Assembly (NCBI RefSeq): GCF_001194135.2
Contig: NC_068987.1
Span: 60,074,386-60,138,385, forward strand
Direction of reading: 5' to 3'
Origin: Octopus bimaculoides
Taxonomy: Eukaryota
Length of the DNA stretch: 64,000 nt
Position numbers and translations under genes: made by a program. Below the pieces are notes generated by a model. The model did not search any database. It saw nothing but the letters and a program-made list of their open reading frames with translations, and had not been told where the DNA came from. This document shows, piece by piece, positions 1 through 11,944 of this stretch; the first letter of the stretch is position 1, and each line of letters opens with the position of its first letter.

Positions 1-244
1 TGTATTTACAAATATAGATATATATATAAGTGCATACATATATACATTCATACACATACATAGATATATACATTATGAAAATTTACAAGCTTGGAGAGAA
101 TTTGAGCAGATTATATTTTACGGTAGGGCTGAAGAAGATAAAGTTAGTAGATGTGTGCATCTGCCCGAATGCAGCCTTCCACTTTTTCCATTCGAATTTT
201 TTTTATTAATTCAGTATTCCATTTGCTATTATCTATAGCTTCGA

Positions 245-1020
245 GTGCCCTCGTAAAAATAATTTACCATATATAATGGCCTGAATTGAATCTAAAGCAC
301 TGTTCATAGATGTGGGGTGACATGACGTCACCTTCACCGAGGATACAGCCAAAGACTATTACAGTTAGAAGGAAATTAGTTATCGAAAGACTATTACAGT
401 TAGAAGGAAATTAGTTATCGAAAGACTATTACAGTTAGAAGGAAATTAGTTATCGAGATATGTGGGACATGAGATGGAACATAAGCAAGTCACCTTTTGT
501 TCTGGGTTGTTGTGCAACTGGTCCTGATAGAAGTTCTTTTCATCTGAGAAGAACCAGACCATCTCCGGCTCCAGAGAGTGCTGCAGTTAGTTCAGGAATA
601 TTTTGCCTTCGGTAAGCGGTTCACCTTGGCCTGGGCTCTCAGAATTTCTCCCTTGCACCTCTTGTACGAGTAGTAGTGAAGGTCCTCATTAAGATCCAGT
701 TTTATGGTGGTGATTCCAATTCTCGGCAAAGCTGATTTTGCTCGGATCGTCCATCACCTTGTCCTGCGGTTATTGCATGAATTGCGGCGTGAAGATGTAG
801 TCAAAACACCTGCTGTGTCCCTTTCTGCTGCCCGTGACTTCGTAATTTACATTGCAGCTCTCCATATCACATCTTACAGCTTCACAGTGTTCACAGAGCA
901 TTGAGCAGCAGCCCTGATGTCAGCATTTTGAAACCCAGCGCAAACCATAATACAGGTAACCCTTTTCCAATAATCAGATGGCTCCAGTACTCCATATCGG
1001 CTAACTTCTTCTCATCCACA
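245..1020 (-). mobile_element. Tc1/mariner DD37D (maT-like) transposase relic, N-terminal half to mid-catalytic domain, frameshifted
   Basis: Minus-strand translation gives ...NEDLHYYSYKRCKGEIL...PEMVWFFSDEKNFYQDQLHN... (first catalytic Asp, ~533-553) and ...FGCILGEGDVMSPHIYEQCFRFNSGHY (~270-350), matching DD37D motifs FFSDEK and VMVFG-x-EG-x-VMPPH. Confidence 0.8.
351..455. repeat. Perfect 35-bp tandem triplication inside the transposase relic
   Basis: aaagactattacagttagaaggaaattagttatcg at 351-385, 386-420, 421-455; its reverse complement encodes TNFLLTVIVF, the KTKFP-x-TVMVF segment of the transposase. Confidence 0.95.
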
Positions 1021-1139
1021 ACTTTAATCGATATACATGCCGGCAACGACTGTAGATGACCGCAAACTGGTGACTGTGATATCTCTTAACCGTACAGTTT
1101 CGGCTTTAGACCGAAGCATCGTCAGAAGAGTCGGCACAG

Positions 1140-1454
1140 TTTGGCGGACTGTAACCCGCTTGATTATTATGTGTGGGACGCAGTTGAGCGGGAGAACAAC
1201 AAAACTCCTTGTAACACCAACAATGAACTGAAGGCAAGGATTATGGCAGCATTCACCAACTTAAACAAGGAGATCATCCAGAAGAGTTGCAGAAGATTCC
1301 GAAGTTGTCTGGAGGCTGTAATTGAAGCTAATGGCGATTTTACTGAATAAATTTACTCATTAGTATTTCAAGATATTTTTACGTAATTTTGGTAAATATA
1401 TCTGTTAAAATGAGATGTCAGTATTTTGATTTTTACGTAACGTTGATGGCACTC

Positions 1455-1456
<2 letters not shown>
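1140..1456 (+). mobile_element. Tc1/mariner DD37D transposase C-terminus and right end
   Basis: ORF 1141-1350 ADCNPLDYYVWDAVERENNK...CRRFRSCLEAVIEANGDFTE matches SPDxNPLDY (third catalytic Asp) and the EANG-x-F-x-E terminus; ends gcactctg then (TA)n, resembling the caccctg-TA end at 10065-10073. Confidence 0.85.

Positions 1457-1457
<1 letters not shown>

Positions 1458-1518
<61 letters not shown>
1458..1518. repeat. (TA)n microsatellite
   Basis: Direct reading. Confidence 0.95.
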
Positions 1519-1525
<7 letters not shown>

Positions 1526-1536
1526 TCATACTCGAG

Positions 1537-1800
1537 CATGCAAGGCGTTGTGGTTAGAATGTTGCTCGCGAGATTGTGGTTTCAATTCCTGGACCGAGTA
1601 GTGCGTTGTGTTCTTGAGCAAAACGTTTTATCTCACGTCACTCTGTAACCGTCCCGACGCCTGACATGCAGTAAACCGAGCACTTGTATAAGGAATACCG
1701 ATTTGATGTTAGGAATTACTTAATGTATGTCACAAACGTTTGATCACGATTTTAAAAAATCATTTTTACAGGCTGTTTAGCAAAAAATTGCAGAACCGTT
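1537..1800 (+). mobile_element. Degraded tRNA-derived SINE (gtgttcttgagcaaaac body type)
   Basis: A-box-like ggcgttgtggttagaatg and B-box-like ggtttcaattcc, followed by tgcgttgtgttcttgagcaaaacgttttatctcac. Confidence 0.6.
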
Positions 1801-3364
1801 TTTCTCGGACCACGATAGATTACCATTATCACCAAAATCGTCGTACAGACGTAAGTAAATGAATACATATATGAATACACGTACGTACGTAAGTAAATGA
1901 ATACATATAAACACTCCTACGCATAGAGAGAAAACAATCACACAAAATGTGGATATGTTTAGCCCCGAGTGTTTTCCAGTGTGTGGTAATATGACTCACA
2001 TGAACTCAACATATTAATCGGAGAATAAGTCACAAAAGGTTTCAACGAATAATTATAGGTAATTAGTAATAATTCGGCTTTCTGACAATAATTTCGACTG
2101 AAAATAATCTAGACGGATAAGTGTGTGTATATATGTGTGACCGTATAGCACACTAGGTTTTGTTAAGCATTAATAAAGACAAATTAAATTATTGTTTGTC
2201 TTTATTATTAATTTATTGTTAATCATGTCTTACTTAATCTATTAAGATAATTGTCTTTGTTTTAATTAGTTGTTTTAGCTTTTGCTAGTATATAAAAATG
2301 ATTTCGATCTTAGATTTGTCACATATTTGCTTGTTTATACGTTTTGGCTTTATATTAATCATAATTATAGACCTGAAGTATAACTAATGATTTATTTTAT
2401 CCTTAGATTTTTCAACCACATCTTTTTCTTGTAGTCTTCAATTATCCTAATTATATATACATCTCCCAAGCGAAAGTGTCCATTTTTAGCTACTTATCCC
2501 ATTTATTTTTGCATTCGCTCACTGCCGATTTGACTTCTGTGAGATAAGTATTACAACTACATTTTTTAGCATTATTATATAAAACTAAGTAACCTAGTAT
2601 TATTAAGCTTATTTGATTCGGACTCCAATTTATTTAGCAACTTTCTAATTATATATTCACATGTTGAGAGTATGTATTCTTTAAGGGATTAATACATACG
2701 TTTCTCTACTTTTATTTGAGCTTGAACATTTGTTTAGTCGTATTTATATTTCCGATGTGATCGCAAACTGTGACTAATGAACACTATTTAGTATAGATTA
2801 ATTTGCTGAAATAACAATACCATATTTGTCTCAGTTAATTAGTGATCAAATTTATTTGTTTATTTAAAGAATGTATCTTCCTATTCACTGAATTTTGTAA
2901 ACAATTTAGCCATCTAAATGAAGCGTTCTTTCTTCCTTTCGTTTCTTCTGTCTGCTCATTACTGTCTTCTCTTCAGAGAGATGTAAAGAGTTTAATAATT
3001 CTTCCTCCACAGTTATTTCTTCCTACATTTCTTCCCCCAAAAGATTGCCTAGTCATTGTTACACCATTTTCTACTAAACAATATAATTTTGTTTTTACAT
3101 TCCTTTTGCTTTCTTTTTTCGTGTGTATGAAGTACGTTATTAAATGAAGAGAGCCCATTTATGATGAGTAGAAAAACATATCTGCAGTGCATAAATCTAA
3201 ATGTAATTCATTCTGCATTCTAAATTTTCAGTATGTTGGAGAAGCAATTCAATTGCTAATCCCTTATATTTATGATATATATATATATATATATATATTA
3301 TATTTTGTTATATATGTATACATGTGTATATATACAAGTATATATACAAATATATCAAATTAAG

Positions 3365-3600
3365 ATGCAACTGGCTGAGCACTCCACAGATACGTGTACC
3401 CTTAATGTAGTTCTCAGAGAGATTCAGCATGACACACAGTGTGACAAGGCTGGCCCTTTGAAATGCAGGTGCTACTCATTTTTGCCAGCTGAGTGGATTG
3501 GAGCAAAATGAAATAAAGTGTCTAGCTCAAGGACACAGCGCGTCGCCAGGAATTGAACTCACAGTAGAATGCCGAAACTATTAAGCCACGAGCCTTCACG
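3365..3600 (-). mobile_element. tRNA-derived SINE, head E + tail Y
   Basis: Minus strand reads gtgaaggctcgtggcttaatagt...gagttcaattcctggcgacgcgctgtgtccttgagctagacac; its 3' part (tggctgagcactccacaga...ccttaa..gtagttctc) is shared with 35870-35990. Confidence 0.75.
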
Positions 3601-3624
3601 CTATGTATATATATATATATATTA

Positions 3625-3835
3625 ATAGTATGACAACAAAAGAATGAATGAGACCTCGATATTTTGTAAATGGAGGAAATCTGCTCCGGCATCTCATCAG
3701 TTATTAGGACAAACAAAAAGGCATTTTTGTTTGTCTTAATAATTGATGAGATGCCGGAGCAGATTTCTTCCTCGACATCCAAAACTCGGAATTTTATTAT
3801 GGCAACCGAATAATTGTCACATGTTATATTACAGA
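3625..3835. mobile_element. Inverted (tail-to-tail) remnant of a PLE-like terminal repeat forming a 47-bp hairpin
   Basis: Arms 3673-3719 and 3724-3770, loop ggca, only 3 G-T mismatches; 3625-3680 matches the reverse complement of 43993-44047 and 3775-3835 matches 43925-43990. Confidence 0.8.
3738..3798 (+). ncRNA. Degenerate type I hammerhead ribozyme motif (family 1)
   Basis: AATAA-TTGATGA-GATGCCGG...CGACATC-C-AAAA-CTCGGAA-T-T-TTATT; core mutated (C3>T, G12>A). The mirrored arm at 3673-3707 keeps an intact CTGATGA on the minus strand. Confidence 0.65.
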
Positions 3836-3844
3836 TATATATAT

Positions 3845-4640
3845 ACACGCCAGCTTGATTTAATTCATCCTTAGTCGAAAGACATGTGTTGTTATGTCCT
3901 GTTTTTATTCTTACTGTATTTGTGTAACATTGTTCGTTTTTTTCCGTCCTTGTTTTTGTATACATTCGCTGCTTTCTTCCAAGGAATTTAATGCTCTTAG
4001 CTTAGTTTTTCCTTGGAGCTGGCCAGATTGAAGCAATATCGAGAATAACCAGCCGAAATTGCAAGAATAATCTGGATCTCGACTGAAGAGAGAAAGCTCC
4101 GAATGACCTGTCCATGTTTTCTTGGTATCGTCTACCTGTATGTTTTGTCCCTTTCTTGTATCACCTAACCGTCTGGATGTTTTGCATTCTTGTCCCATTC
4201 TGTATTATTAATACACACACACACACACNNNNNNNNNNATATATATATATATATATATTCATTTCTCTCTCTTTTCCGTTCCTCTTCCAATATATTTAAT
4301 TATTTAAATAATTGCTTTTCGACAATTTTATATTTATGGTGAAATGGTTATACGATTTATTCCTTGCTTTCCAAATTGTGGTCAAATTTCGTACGATCAC
4401 TGTTCAATATTTGCGTTGTTTGATGCTTAATACTACCTTCAAATGTTTCCTTTTGGGGAACCCAAAACCCCATAGTGTTATTAGGTGTTTTCGAAATTCC
4501 TTCATAAGGTGGATACCATAAAAAGTTTCACATCCATTTTGGTATCTTTAATCCTTTTGTCCGAGCTTGTGGAGCTTCTCGGTTTATTACTCAAGTTGGT
4601 TACACGGAACAAATTACAGCTTATCACGGACACAAACAAC
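3845..4640 (-). mobile_element. Probable Penelope-like element 5' relic with adjacent terminal-repeat-type sequence
   Basis: Minus frame FLWYPPYEGISKTPNNTMGFWVPQKETFEGSIKHQTTQILNSDRTKFDHNLESKE*IV..KIVEK (~4290-4530) resembles PLE ORF N-termini upstream of the IVIKxADKG motif; recognised from memory only. Confidence 0.4.
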
Positions 4641-6925
4641 TACTCAATTCAATACATATATCGACATAGATACAAATACATAGACTCGTGCATAATTACG
4701 TACATACGTTACATTTAATTTACTGTGTTTAAAACACTAATCCTTTTCTTCGGTTTGCGTGGCAGAGCATTAAAGATTTTAGATGGTGAGTTTTATTTTT
4801 ATTTTTGTACATTGAATTAATACAAAGTTGAAGAACCGAAGAAATCCTAACTCTGTTTAGAATATAATAAAATGAGGCATCTTGATTTATTCGCCGATAA
4901 TAGCGAATAATGAATAATAGTATTTAATCTAAAGCAAAAAAAAAAACCCATCAGAATCGATTTCCCAGCAACAAATCTTTCAAATATTTTCAAACGTTAT
5001 TCTTTTCCGACATTTGCAAATCACGTACAAAGACGTGTTCCTAAAAGAAGAATTAAACACAAATGATCCACAATAATTACACATACGCACGCGTGAACAC
5101 ACATGGATTCTTGTACTCTTAAAGACGAGTGCTTTTTTTTTTCTCTTTAGTTTGAATGTGTTAGTGAGGAGCGGAAACGTTTGACTTTCTAATGCAGAAA
5201 TGAATATTTTACCTTTATCTGATGTAACTAGGGCAGGTTACCATGATGGAATTCATATTCTCTTTAAGCTAAATCAATATGAATGTCTTATGCGCTTCTA
5301 ATATTAGGAGATACAAATACAAAAACATTTATAAAGGATTCCTTTATTCTTTCAAGTTATACTATGCGAAGTCAGCTCTTTTGAAAGACAAAATATCGCA
5401 AAAAATATAAATAGATTTATTTTTTGTCTTTTTAGCGTTGTAAGTATTGATCACTTAAAAGTATTCAATAAAGGTATGAAATCCTTATTGGATGATTGCA
5501 ATATTGCGTTATTTGAAAATTTCTTATGCTTGTGTACACGCTGTGCACATATAACTTTGTTATTATTTTATACGCCTTGAATAAAGAACATTGACGTGTA
5601 ACTCAGCCATATTGAGTCGTTTATTAAAAAAGATCGGATCTCTAGTTAATAAGACTTAGGTTATTTACGTCCTGAATTATAAAAATGTGTCACAAGAGCC
5701 TCGCAAGAAATTGCTTTCATGTTGTCCACATTAAGGGTTTATACCTTTGACATGTACATTGTACTTATGATAGAGTGGATGTTCTTTTCAAAAATCAATG
5801 CCCAAATCGTCAGGGTAAAGTTGTGTTGCCATGAAACAAGAGTTTACCTATAAACTTTACTAAATTAATGTATTTTTATATTGTATGAAATATATATTAA
5901 TCAGTGTAATATTCGATGAAACTCTCTATTTGTCGTGTCAAACAAACAAGTAAATTATTTTGGGCGAAGTATAGAGGCTCATATTAAGAAAGAAGAAACT
6001 CCAGCAATTTTAGCTTTGAACGGAAATTTAGAAACGCTATCAGATCACTTCTAACGTTTTATTACATTATAATACACTACACGCAAGAAAATTAAATTGC
6101 AAACCATTATAGCGGTTTCTTAAAGAACTACAATACATTTCATTAGGTACTCGTCGTTTAAAATCTTATCTTGCTTTGAAATTCTGAGAGGTTAATATAA
6201 ATAATTTCTAGGAAAAGTTTATTATTCTAACGCAAGTAACATAATCATATAATCTGGTGTCAATTTCCAATAAATTAAGGAAATCACAAGAACGTAGAAT
6301 TAAATTACCCTATTTATAGACATACCGAAATGCTGACTGAGAATCATAAATCATTAGCCATGAAATTGTAATTCAATTCCTTATTCGTTATCATCTTCCG
6401 AAAGAAAGAAATTTTTCTCTGAATTACAATATAATTTCATTATATTTCTCTTATTCGTACAAAAAATGTCATTAGTATTGACATGCTGTAAAAGTATGTC
6501 GGGTAGTGCTGGGACATATTTTAACCAATGTAGCGGAATAATATTTGAAGTTGATATTGATTGAATTTAAATTCAGATTGTAGAGGATCAAAGCAAAATT
6601 TTACTCTGTTATTTACTCAAGTACAAATAACAGTTTCATTTAGAGCATAGTATAATCCATTTGAAGAACCCCTACCAAATTCAAACCTATTCACATTTTA
6701 AACTTTCTGCTCGCGAAGTCTCTTAACATTTATATGACAAAATCGTTTAGGCCTTGAGACCAAGTCAGTAATATAAATTGCATACTAGTGATTTAGGAAA
6801 ATAAAATATTCATTACTTTTCCCTCAACAGAGCTCCGTCTCCACAGGTTCTTTTCGACTTACTATTAGCCAACATCAATGCAGCCTTTGTAATTTTATTG
6901 TTAGAGAAATGAAAATTCAACCTCA

Positions 6926-6983
6926 ACAAGGAATATCAAATCGCAGTGAAACCCCGACAAGGAATATCAAATCACAGTGAAAC
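6926..6983. repeat. 27-bp direct duplication, 31-bp period
   Basis: acaaggaatatcaaatc(g/a)cagtgaaac at 6926-6952 and 6957-6983. Confidence 0.9.
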
Positions 6984-7369
6984 TAAACGAAATGATACAT
7001 AGTATTTAGTCAGGCTGTCACTTTTCGGTCACAGTAGCACCATCATACTGATAGAAAATTTATATTGATATAATTAAATCAGTGTTAGCATATTTAATGA
7101 AAGGAGCATAAAACGTACGAGGAAAATTATGCTATGAGGTTAAAAAAACATTAGACATCGATTTTTTTTGCGAATAAGAGAAAATTGTAGACTGGTTTTG
7201 CGTTATATTAGAAGATTCTTCAGCGAAGGGTAATATTTGCTGATGCTGTATAGAAAATCGCTAAGCACTATGGAATGTCCACTTGTGAGCATACAAAAAT
7301 AGAAACTCTCAGTGATTTGGTTTTCTTTCTTTCAATCTGATTTCATTAAATATGTTAAAATTGATTTCA

Positions 7370-7505
7370 AATTTTGGCACACGGCGCGCAAGTTCGGTAC
7401 TGACAAAGTCAGTCTCGGTGAAATTTGAGCTCGGGACGTAAAGACGGACAAAATCCCACTACTTATTTTGTCGGATGTGCTGACGATTCTGCTAGCCCGC
7501 CGTTT
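7370..7505 (-). mobile_element. SINE family A fragment (head ggcggcgagctggcagaatcgttagcacgcc)
   Basis: gaaatttgagctcgggacgtaaagacggac...tgctgacgattctgctagcccgcc is the reverse complement of the family A head. Confidence 0.7.
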
Positions 7506-7529
7506 TTTTATATGTTATTATTAACTGAA

Positions 7530-7665
7530 CTACTGCTGAGGTCGGCTTTGCCTTTCATCCTTTCGGGATTGATAAAAGAAGTACTAGTTGTGCATTGGGG
7601 TCTATGCATTTGACTAGCTGCTTTCCTCAAAATTTCAGGCCTTGTGACTATAGTAGAAAGCAATA
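7530..7665 (+). mobile_element. SINE family A 3' fragment
   Basis: gaggtcggctttgcctttcatcctttcgggattgataaaa...aaaatttcaggccttgtgactatagtagaaag. Confidence 0.75.
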
Positions 7666-8211
7666 TTAAATGAACTATTTACTTATGTTGGTGTCTATCT
7701 AACATACAATAAATATTGTAAGTCTGACATTACTGATTCCTATGCAGTACTGTCACCACTCTAACAAATCAAATGAAGTAAAGCCTATAGAATACTGTTA
7801 GAATTATAAAATAAAATTCTGGATTGATATAAAAATACAACAGAAAATTTGCGTAACATAAGCTTGCATTTGTAAAAATATACTTGAATAAGTAATGTTT
7901 CATTACTTGTGTCTTTAGTGTGAAACATTATAATGAAATGTTCACCTGCAGTAAACTTGGCAGTTACTATGGCTGGATGACATTTTAAAGTTATTAACTT
8001 TGATCGTAAAATCTTTAGCTTTGTCGGTCATTCTGAATTTCATGCAATATTCATATCAGATCATTTCCTTCCTGTTCTGAGAGATTATGATTCTATAAAT
8101 ACATAGACATAGCTGTATGTATATATCTATTTGCCTGTAAATATATAAACGTCATGCAACTGTGTGCAGGTCTGGGGGCATCGTCTTTTATGAATCCTTT
8201 AACTCCAGCTA

Positions 8212-8383
8212 ATGTGTGAGTGTATGTGTGTGTGCGTGCGTGTGTGTACATGTGCGTGTGTATGCATGCGTATGCTTATGTTTCATGTGCATATGCATAT
8301 ACATATATGTGTATATATGTGTGCATGTATATATACATATATATGCAAGGATATATATATGTATGTATGCATGTGTATATATA

Positions 8384-8414
<31 letters not shown>

Positions 8415-8477
8415 GTGCGTGTGTGTGTATGTGTGTATGTGTGTGTATGTATGTATGTACGTATGTGTGTATGTACC
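8212..8477. repeat. Compound (TG)/(TA)/(TATG) low-complexity tract
   Basis: Direct reading; source of the CVCV/YIYI ORFs. Confidence 0.9.
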
Positions 8478-8939
8478 TTAGCTGGAGTGATGTTATTCAT
8501 AAAATATCTCTTTTCATCTTACGAATCGTTGGAAGGGCATATAAATGATGGAAATAAGGATAATTTAAAATTGATAAAATTAATATATGTGTCGATCATA
8601 TATATGAATATATGTGTGTGAGTGTATTTGCATACACACACACACACATATATATATATGTATATATANNNNNNNNNNNNNNNNNNNNNNNNNNNNNNNN
8701 NNNNNNNNNNNNNNNNNNNNNNNNNNNNNNNNNNNNNNNNNNNNNNNNNNNNNNNNNNNNNNNNNNNNNNNNNNNNNNNNNNNNNNNNNNNNNNNNNNNN
8801 NNNNNNNNNNNNNNNNNNNNNNNNNNNNNNNNNNNNTATATATATATACACACACACATTAGAGATTTATGGTTTTTAAAAAATGCTTATATAATAACAA
8901 AGAAAACTGTATTTTTATGAAAATCTATAAACATACGGC

Positions 8940-10071
8940 TAAGTTATCAATTTAATAATTCCATTCAATAAAACCACCATAAGCATCAATAACTGCCTCT
9001 ACGCGGGGTCGAAATCGTTTACAAGCTCAGTTTAAGAGGTCCTTGTTCATATCGGACATGATTTGGCGGCTTTCAAAGAATATTTGGTGCTACGGGGGTG
9101 TTCATTGATATTTTTCTCAATGATTCTCCATACATAGTAGTCCAGTAAAGATCTGGAGGATTAGGAGGCCAAATGTTGGAGGTGATGTGATCATGGAAAT
9201 TATCGGCCATCCATCATCTGAGCCTTGTGTGATGATACAGAATCTTCTTGAAAGACATGTCTTCCAATGCATACACTGTTGATCCAAGGCTTAACAACTT
9301 TATCCAGAACTTCAATATACGCAGCAGCATTCACCCTAAGTCTTTGTGGACAAAAGTGAGAAGGCATCACATGTCCTTCATTGCTAACAACACCCAAAAC
9401 CATGACCCTTACAGAAAATTGTGTGTGCATTACTCTTAGAACCTCAGAAGGGTCCGCACACAGCCATCTGTCACTTTTTCTGTTAGTTTTCTGATCTGGC
9501 CAAAGTTTTTCTCAGCTGAGAAAACCCAAATCACACCATCTTCTGATAGATTTTTAATCTTCTTCAAAAGTCTTTTGGATCTGGTTAAACGGTTTCCTTT
9601 TGTTTTTTCTGACATGAATTGACCTCCCTTCATCACGTAAGATTTCTAAGTGATATCTTCATGCACAACATTTCTGATTGTTTCTTCCGACACACGAAAT
9701 TGTTTTGTAATTGACCTCATTTATTTTCCTAGATTGTCTTCAATGTTTTGATTAACTTCCTGAATAAATTCAGGTGTCCTAATAGAATCTGAGCATTTGG
9801 AATGTTTTTTATACAGGCAATACGCTTCCATCGTCTTTTTCTTACTCACACCGAATCTTGTCGAGAAAAGATCTTGCATCTTTCAGAAAACGAGAAATTT
9901 CTAAATCACCATGCTTACCCTTCAAAGCTACAATCACAGCATGCCTTTTCATTTCATTAGTAAGCATAGGTCCTGTCATTGTTATTTTCTGAAACAAAAG
10001 TTTAATAAAAATTTAGTCAAATAAAATAATGACTAAAAATGCATGTGTCCTCAAATACCGTCCGCACCCTG
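8940..10071 (-). mobile_element. Near full-length Tc1/mariner DD37D element, pseudogenised transposase
   Basis: Minus translation: MLTNEMKRHAVIVALKGKHGDLEISRFL, VIWVFSAEKNF, VMVLGVVSNEGHVMPSHF, FQEDSVSSHKA, WPPNPPDL..DYYVW, RVEAVIDAYGGFIE; 5' end cagggtgcggac next to TA at 10072-10073. Confidence 0.9.
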
Positions 10072-10089
10072 TATATATAAACGTTTGTG

Positions 10090-10305
10090 TGTTTCTGCGT
10101 CTGTGTTTGTCCCCCTGCAGCCGATTTACAATTTTTGATGGTGTGTTTACGTCCCTATAACTTAGCTGTTCGCCAAAACAGACTGATAGAATAAGTACCA
10201 GGCTTTAAAAAATGACAAGTACTGGCCTCGGTTCATTCGACTGAAAATTCTCCAAGGTGGTTCCGCAGTATGGCCGCAGTCTAATGACTGAAGCACGTAA
10301 AAGAC
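10090..10305 (+). mobile_element. SINE tail module C (3' half of the B-microsatellite-C SINE)
   Basis: gtctgtgtttgtcccc...ggtgtgtttacgtccc...gatagaataagtacc...ggccgcagtctaatgactgaa, as in 44270-44478. Confidence 0.8.
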
Positions 10306-10341
10306 TGACAGACAGACAGACAGACAGGCAAGCAGGCAGGC

Positions 10342-10435
<94 letters not shown>
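10306..10435. repeat. Compound (GACA)(GGCA)(GATA)(GA) microsatellite
   Basis: Direct reading. Confidence 0.95.
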
Positions 10436-11521
10436 AGTAAGTAAACCGATAGATAAATAAATAAACAAAGACACAGACAGACGGGTAGGTAGGTAGGTTG
10501 ATAGGTATATAGATAGATAGCGGTTTTTCTTGACTTCTGTTTTGTGTGTATATTGTGCAAAACATGATAAATTATGCAAACAGTTATTAAAACCTAGTGA
10601 GAGAGATTATGGTAAACAGACATGAGATTGTATAAACCACCTAATTTTACTGCATAAGAAAGAAAAGAAAATAAGTCAATACTTACAATTTACACGATAA
10701 CTAGATGGATAATTTAAGAGGAAGGAATTTACTGTAGAGTAGGCGGAGAGATAATTTCAATATTTTATCAGTTACAATGAAAATAAGATCAGAAATAGAA
10801 AAAAATATCTTATATAATTTAAAAAACACAGAAGTATATCTGTAGCAGTCGAAAACTATCCAGCAGCGATGGTGGAATTAGCTGAATTATGATTACTTGT
10901 ACCTGTGCACGTCATCAGTAACTGGTATCCTCCACCAACAATGTTTAGATACATTTCCCTTTTAGTGATACAGAAAAACAGTAATTTTCAAATCACTGGT
11001 ATTGCAAATACCAGACGGACTGGTAAAAATTCTTTAGCGACAGAAGTAGTATTGGTTGAAAATAGCATTCTGTATATCCTATTGAACGTAGATATACTAT
11101 CGAAAACCACAAAATTGTAGTATTCGTCTCGAGAAAGCTTCTCATATCTAAGCATAACGGTGGTTGGTAAATCGATGTTCTTAGACGTCTTCTACCAGAA
11201 AACGCTCAGGTAATATATATTTCTCTGGATATGTGAGTGATATTTTATATTGTTGTTAGTAGAAGTGTTCTTTGAAACCAAAGAAATCACAATATTTTGA
11301 AAAGCAACTAGTGGTGATTGTGATAGAATTTAGATAGCAGATTAATATGAAAACTCGGCAGGTTATAATTGAATACTAAACATGGTATATGATTCTTTCT
11401 CGGAATCTAGTTTAATATTAAGAATAAGTACGTTACTAGTTTTAGAACAAGTTAAAGATTAATTTTAAAAGACAGCGTGATCATGCCGTGTTGTAGAATA
11501 CCCAAAGTAATATTAGTTACA

Positions 11522-11720
11522 AATTTTGGCACAAAACCAGCATTTCTGAGGGAGGGATGACGTCGATTACATCTACGTAGCTAATAGCCTGGATATAAAC
11601 GCAAGTATGAAAGGTAAAGTTGATCTCGGCGGGATTTGAAGTCAGAACGTTAAGACGGAGGAGATACCACTGAGCATTTAGCCCAGCGTGCTAACGATTC
11701 TGCCAGCTCACCACCTTAGT
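11522..11720 (-). mobile_element. SINE family A, core partly replaced
   Basis: Reverse-complement head cgtgctaacgattctgccagctcaccacctt at ~11688-11718; about 45 bp of core replaced by 11575-11604. Confidence 0.8.
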
Positions 11721-11751
11721 ACCTGATTCAATAATATTAGAACGTATATAA

Positions 11752-11944
11752 AGGCGGCAAACTGGCAGAATCGTTATCGAGGCATTTCATCCATCTTTAT
11801 ATTCTGAGTTTGAAGTTCTGCCGAGGTCAACTTTGCCTTCTATCCTTTCGGGGTCCATAAAGTAAGTACCAGTTGAACACCGAAGTCGCTGTAATCGACT
11901 TAACCTATCTCCGAACTTGCTACCTTTGTGCCAAAATTTGAAAT
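11752..11944 (+). mobile_element. SINE family A with 20-bp TSD
   Basis: aaggcggcaaactggcagaatcg...gtgccaaaatttgaaa; flanked by taatattagaac(g/t)tatataa at 11732-11751 and 11945-11964. Confidence 0.9.

Noticed and set aside
351-455. CRISPR-like 35-bp repeats
   Set aside because: No spacers, eukaryotic context, and the unit is part of a transposase reading frame
2168-2207. Small hairpin taataaagacaaa/tttgtctttatta
   Set aside because: Short and AT-rich; resembles the gacaaa/tttgtc motif of the 3.7-kb hairpin but is too weak to assign
4010-4115. Hammerhead-like fragments (gctgg..ccagc-cgaaattgcaa; ctgaaga-gag-aaag-ctc-cgaat)
   Set aside because: Neither gives a complete core with pairing stems I and III in this copy; revisit with a family consensus
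8212-8920. Many long ORFs rich in CV/YI/HT/LS repeats (also 22-23, 27-29, 31-32, 40, 54-56 and 61 kb)
   Set aside because: They are translations of (TG)n/(TA)n/(GA)n tracts and N-gaps, not genes
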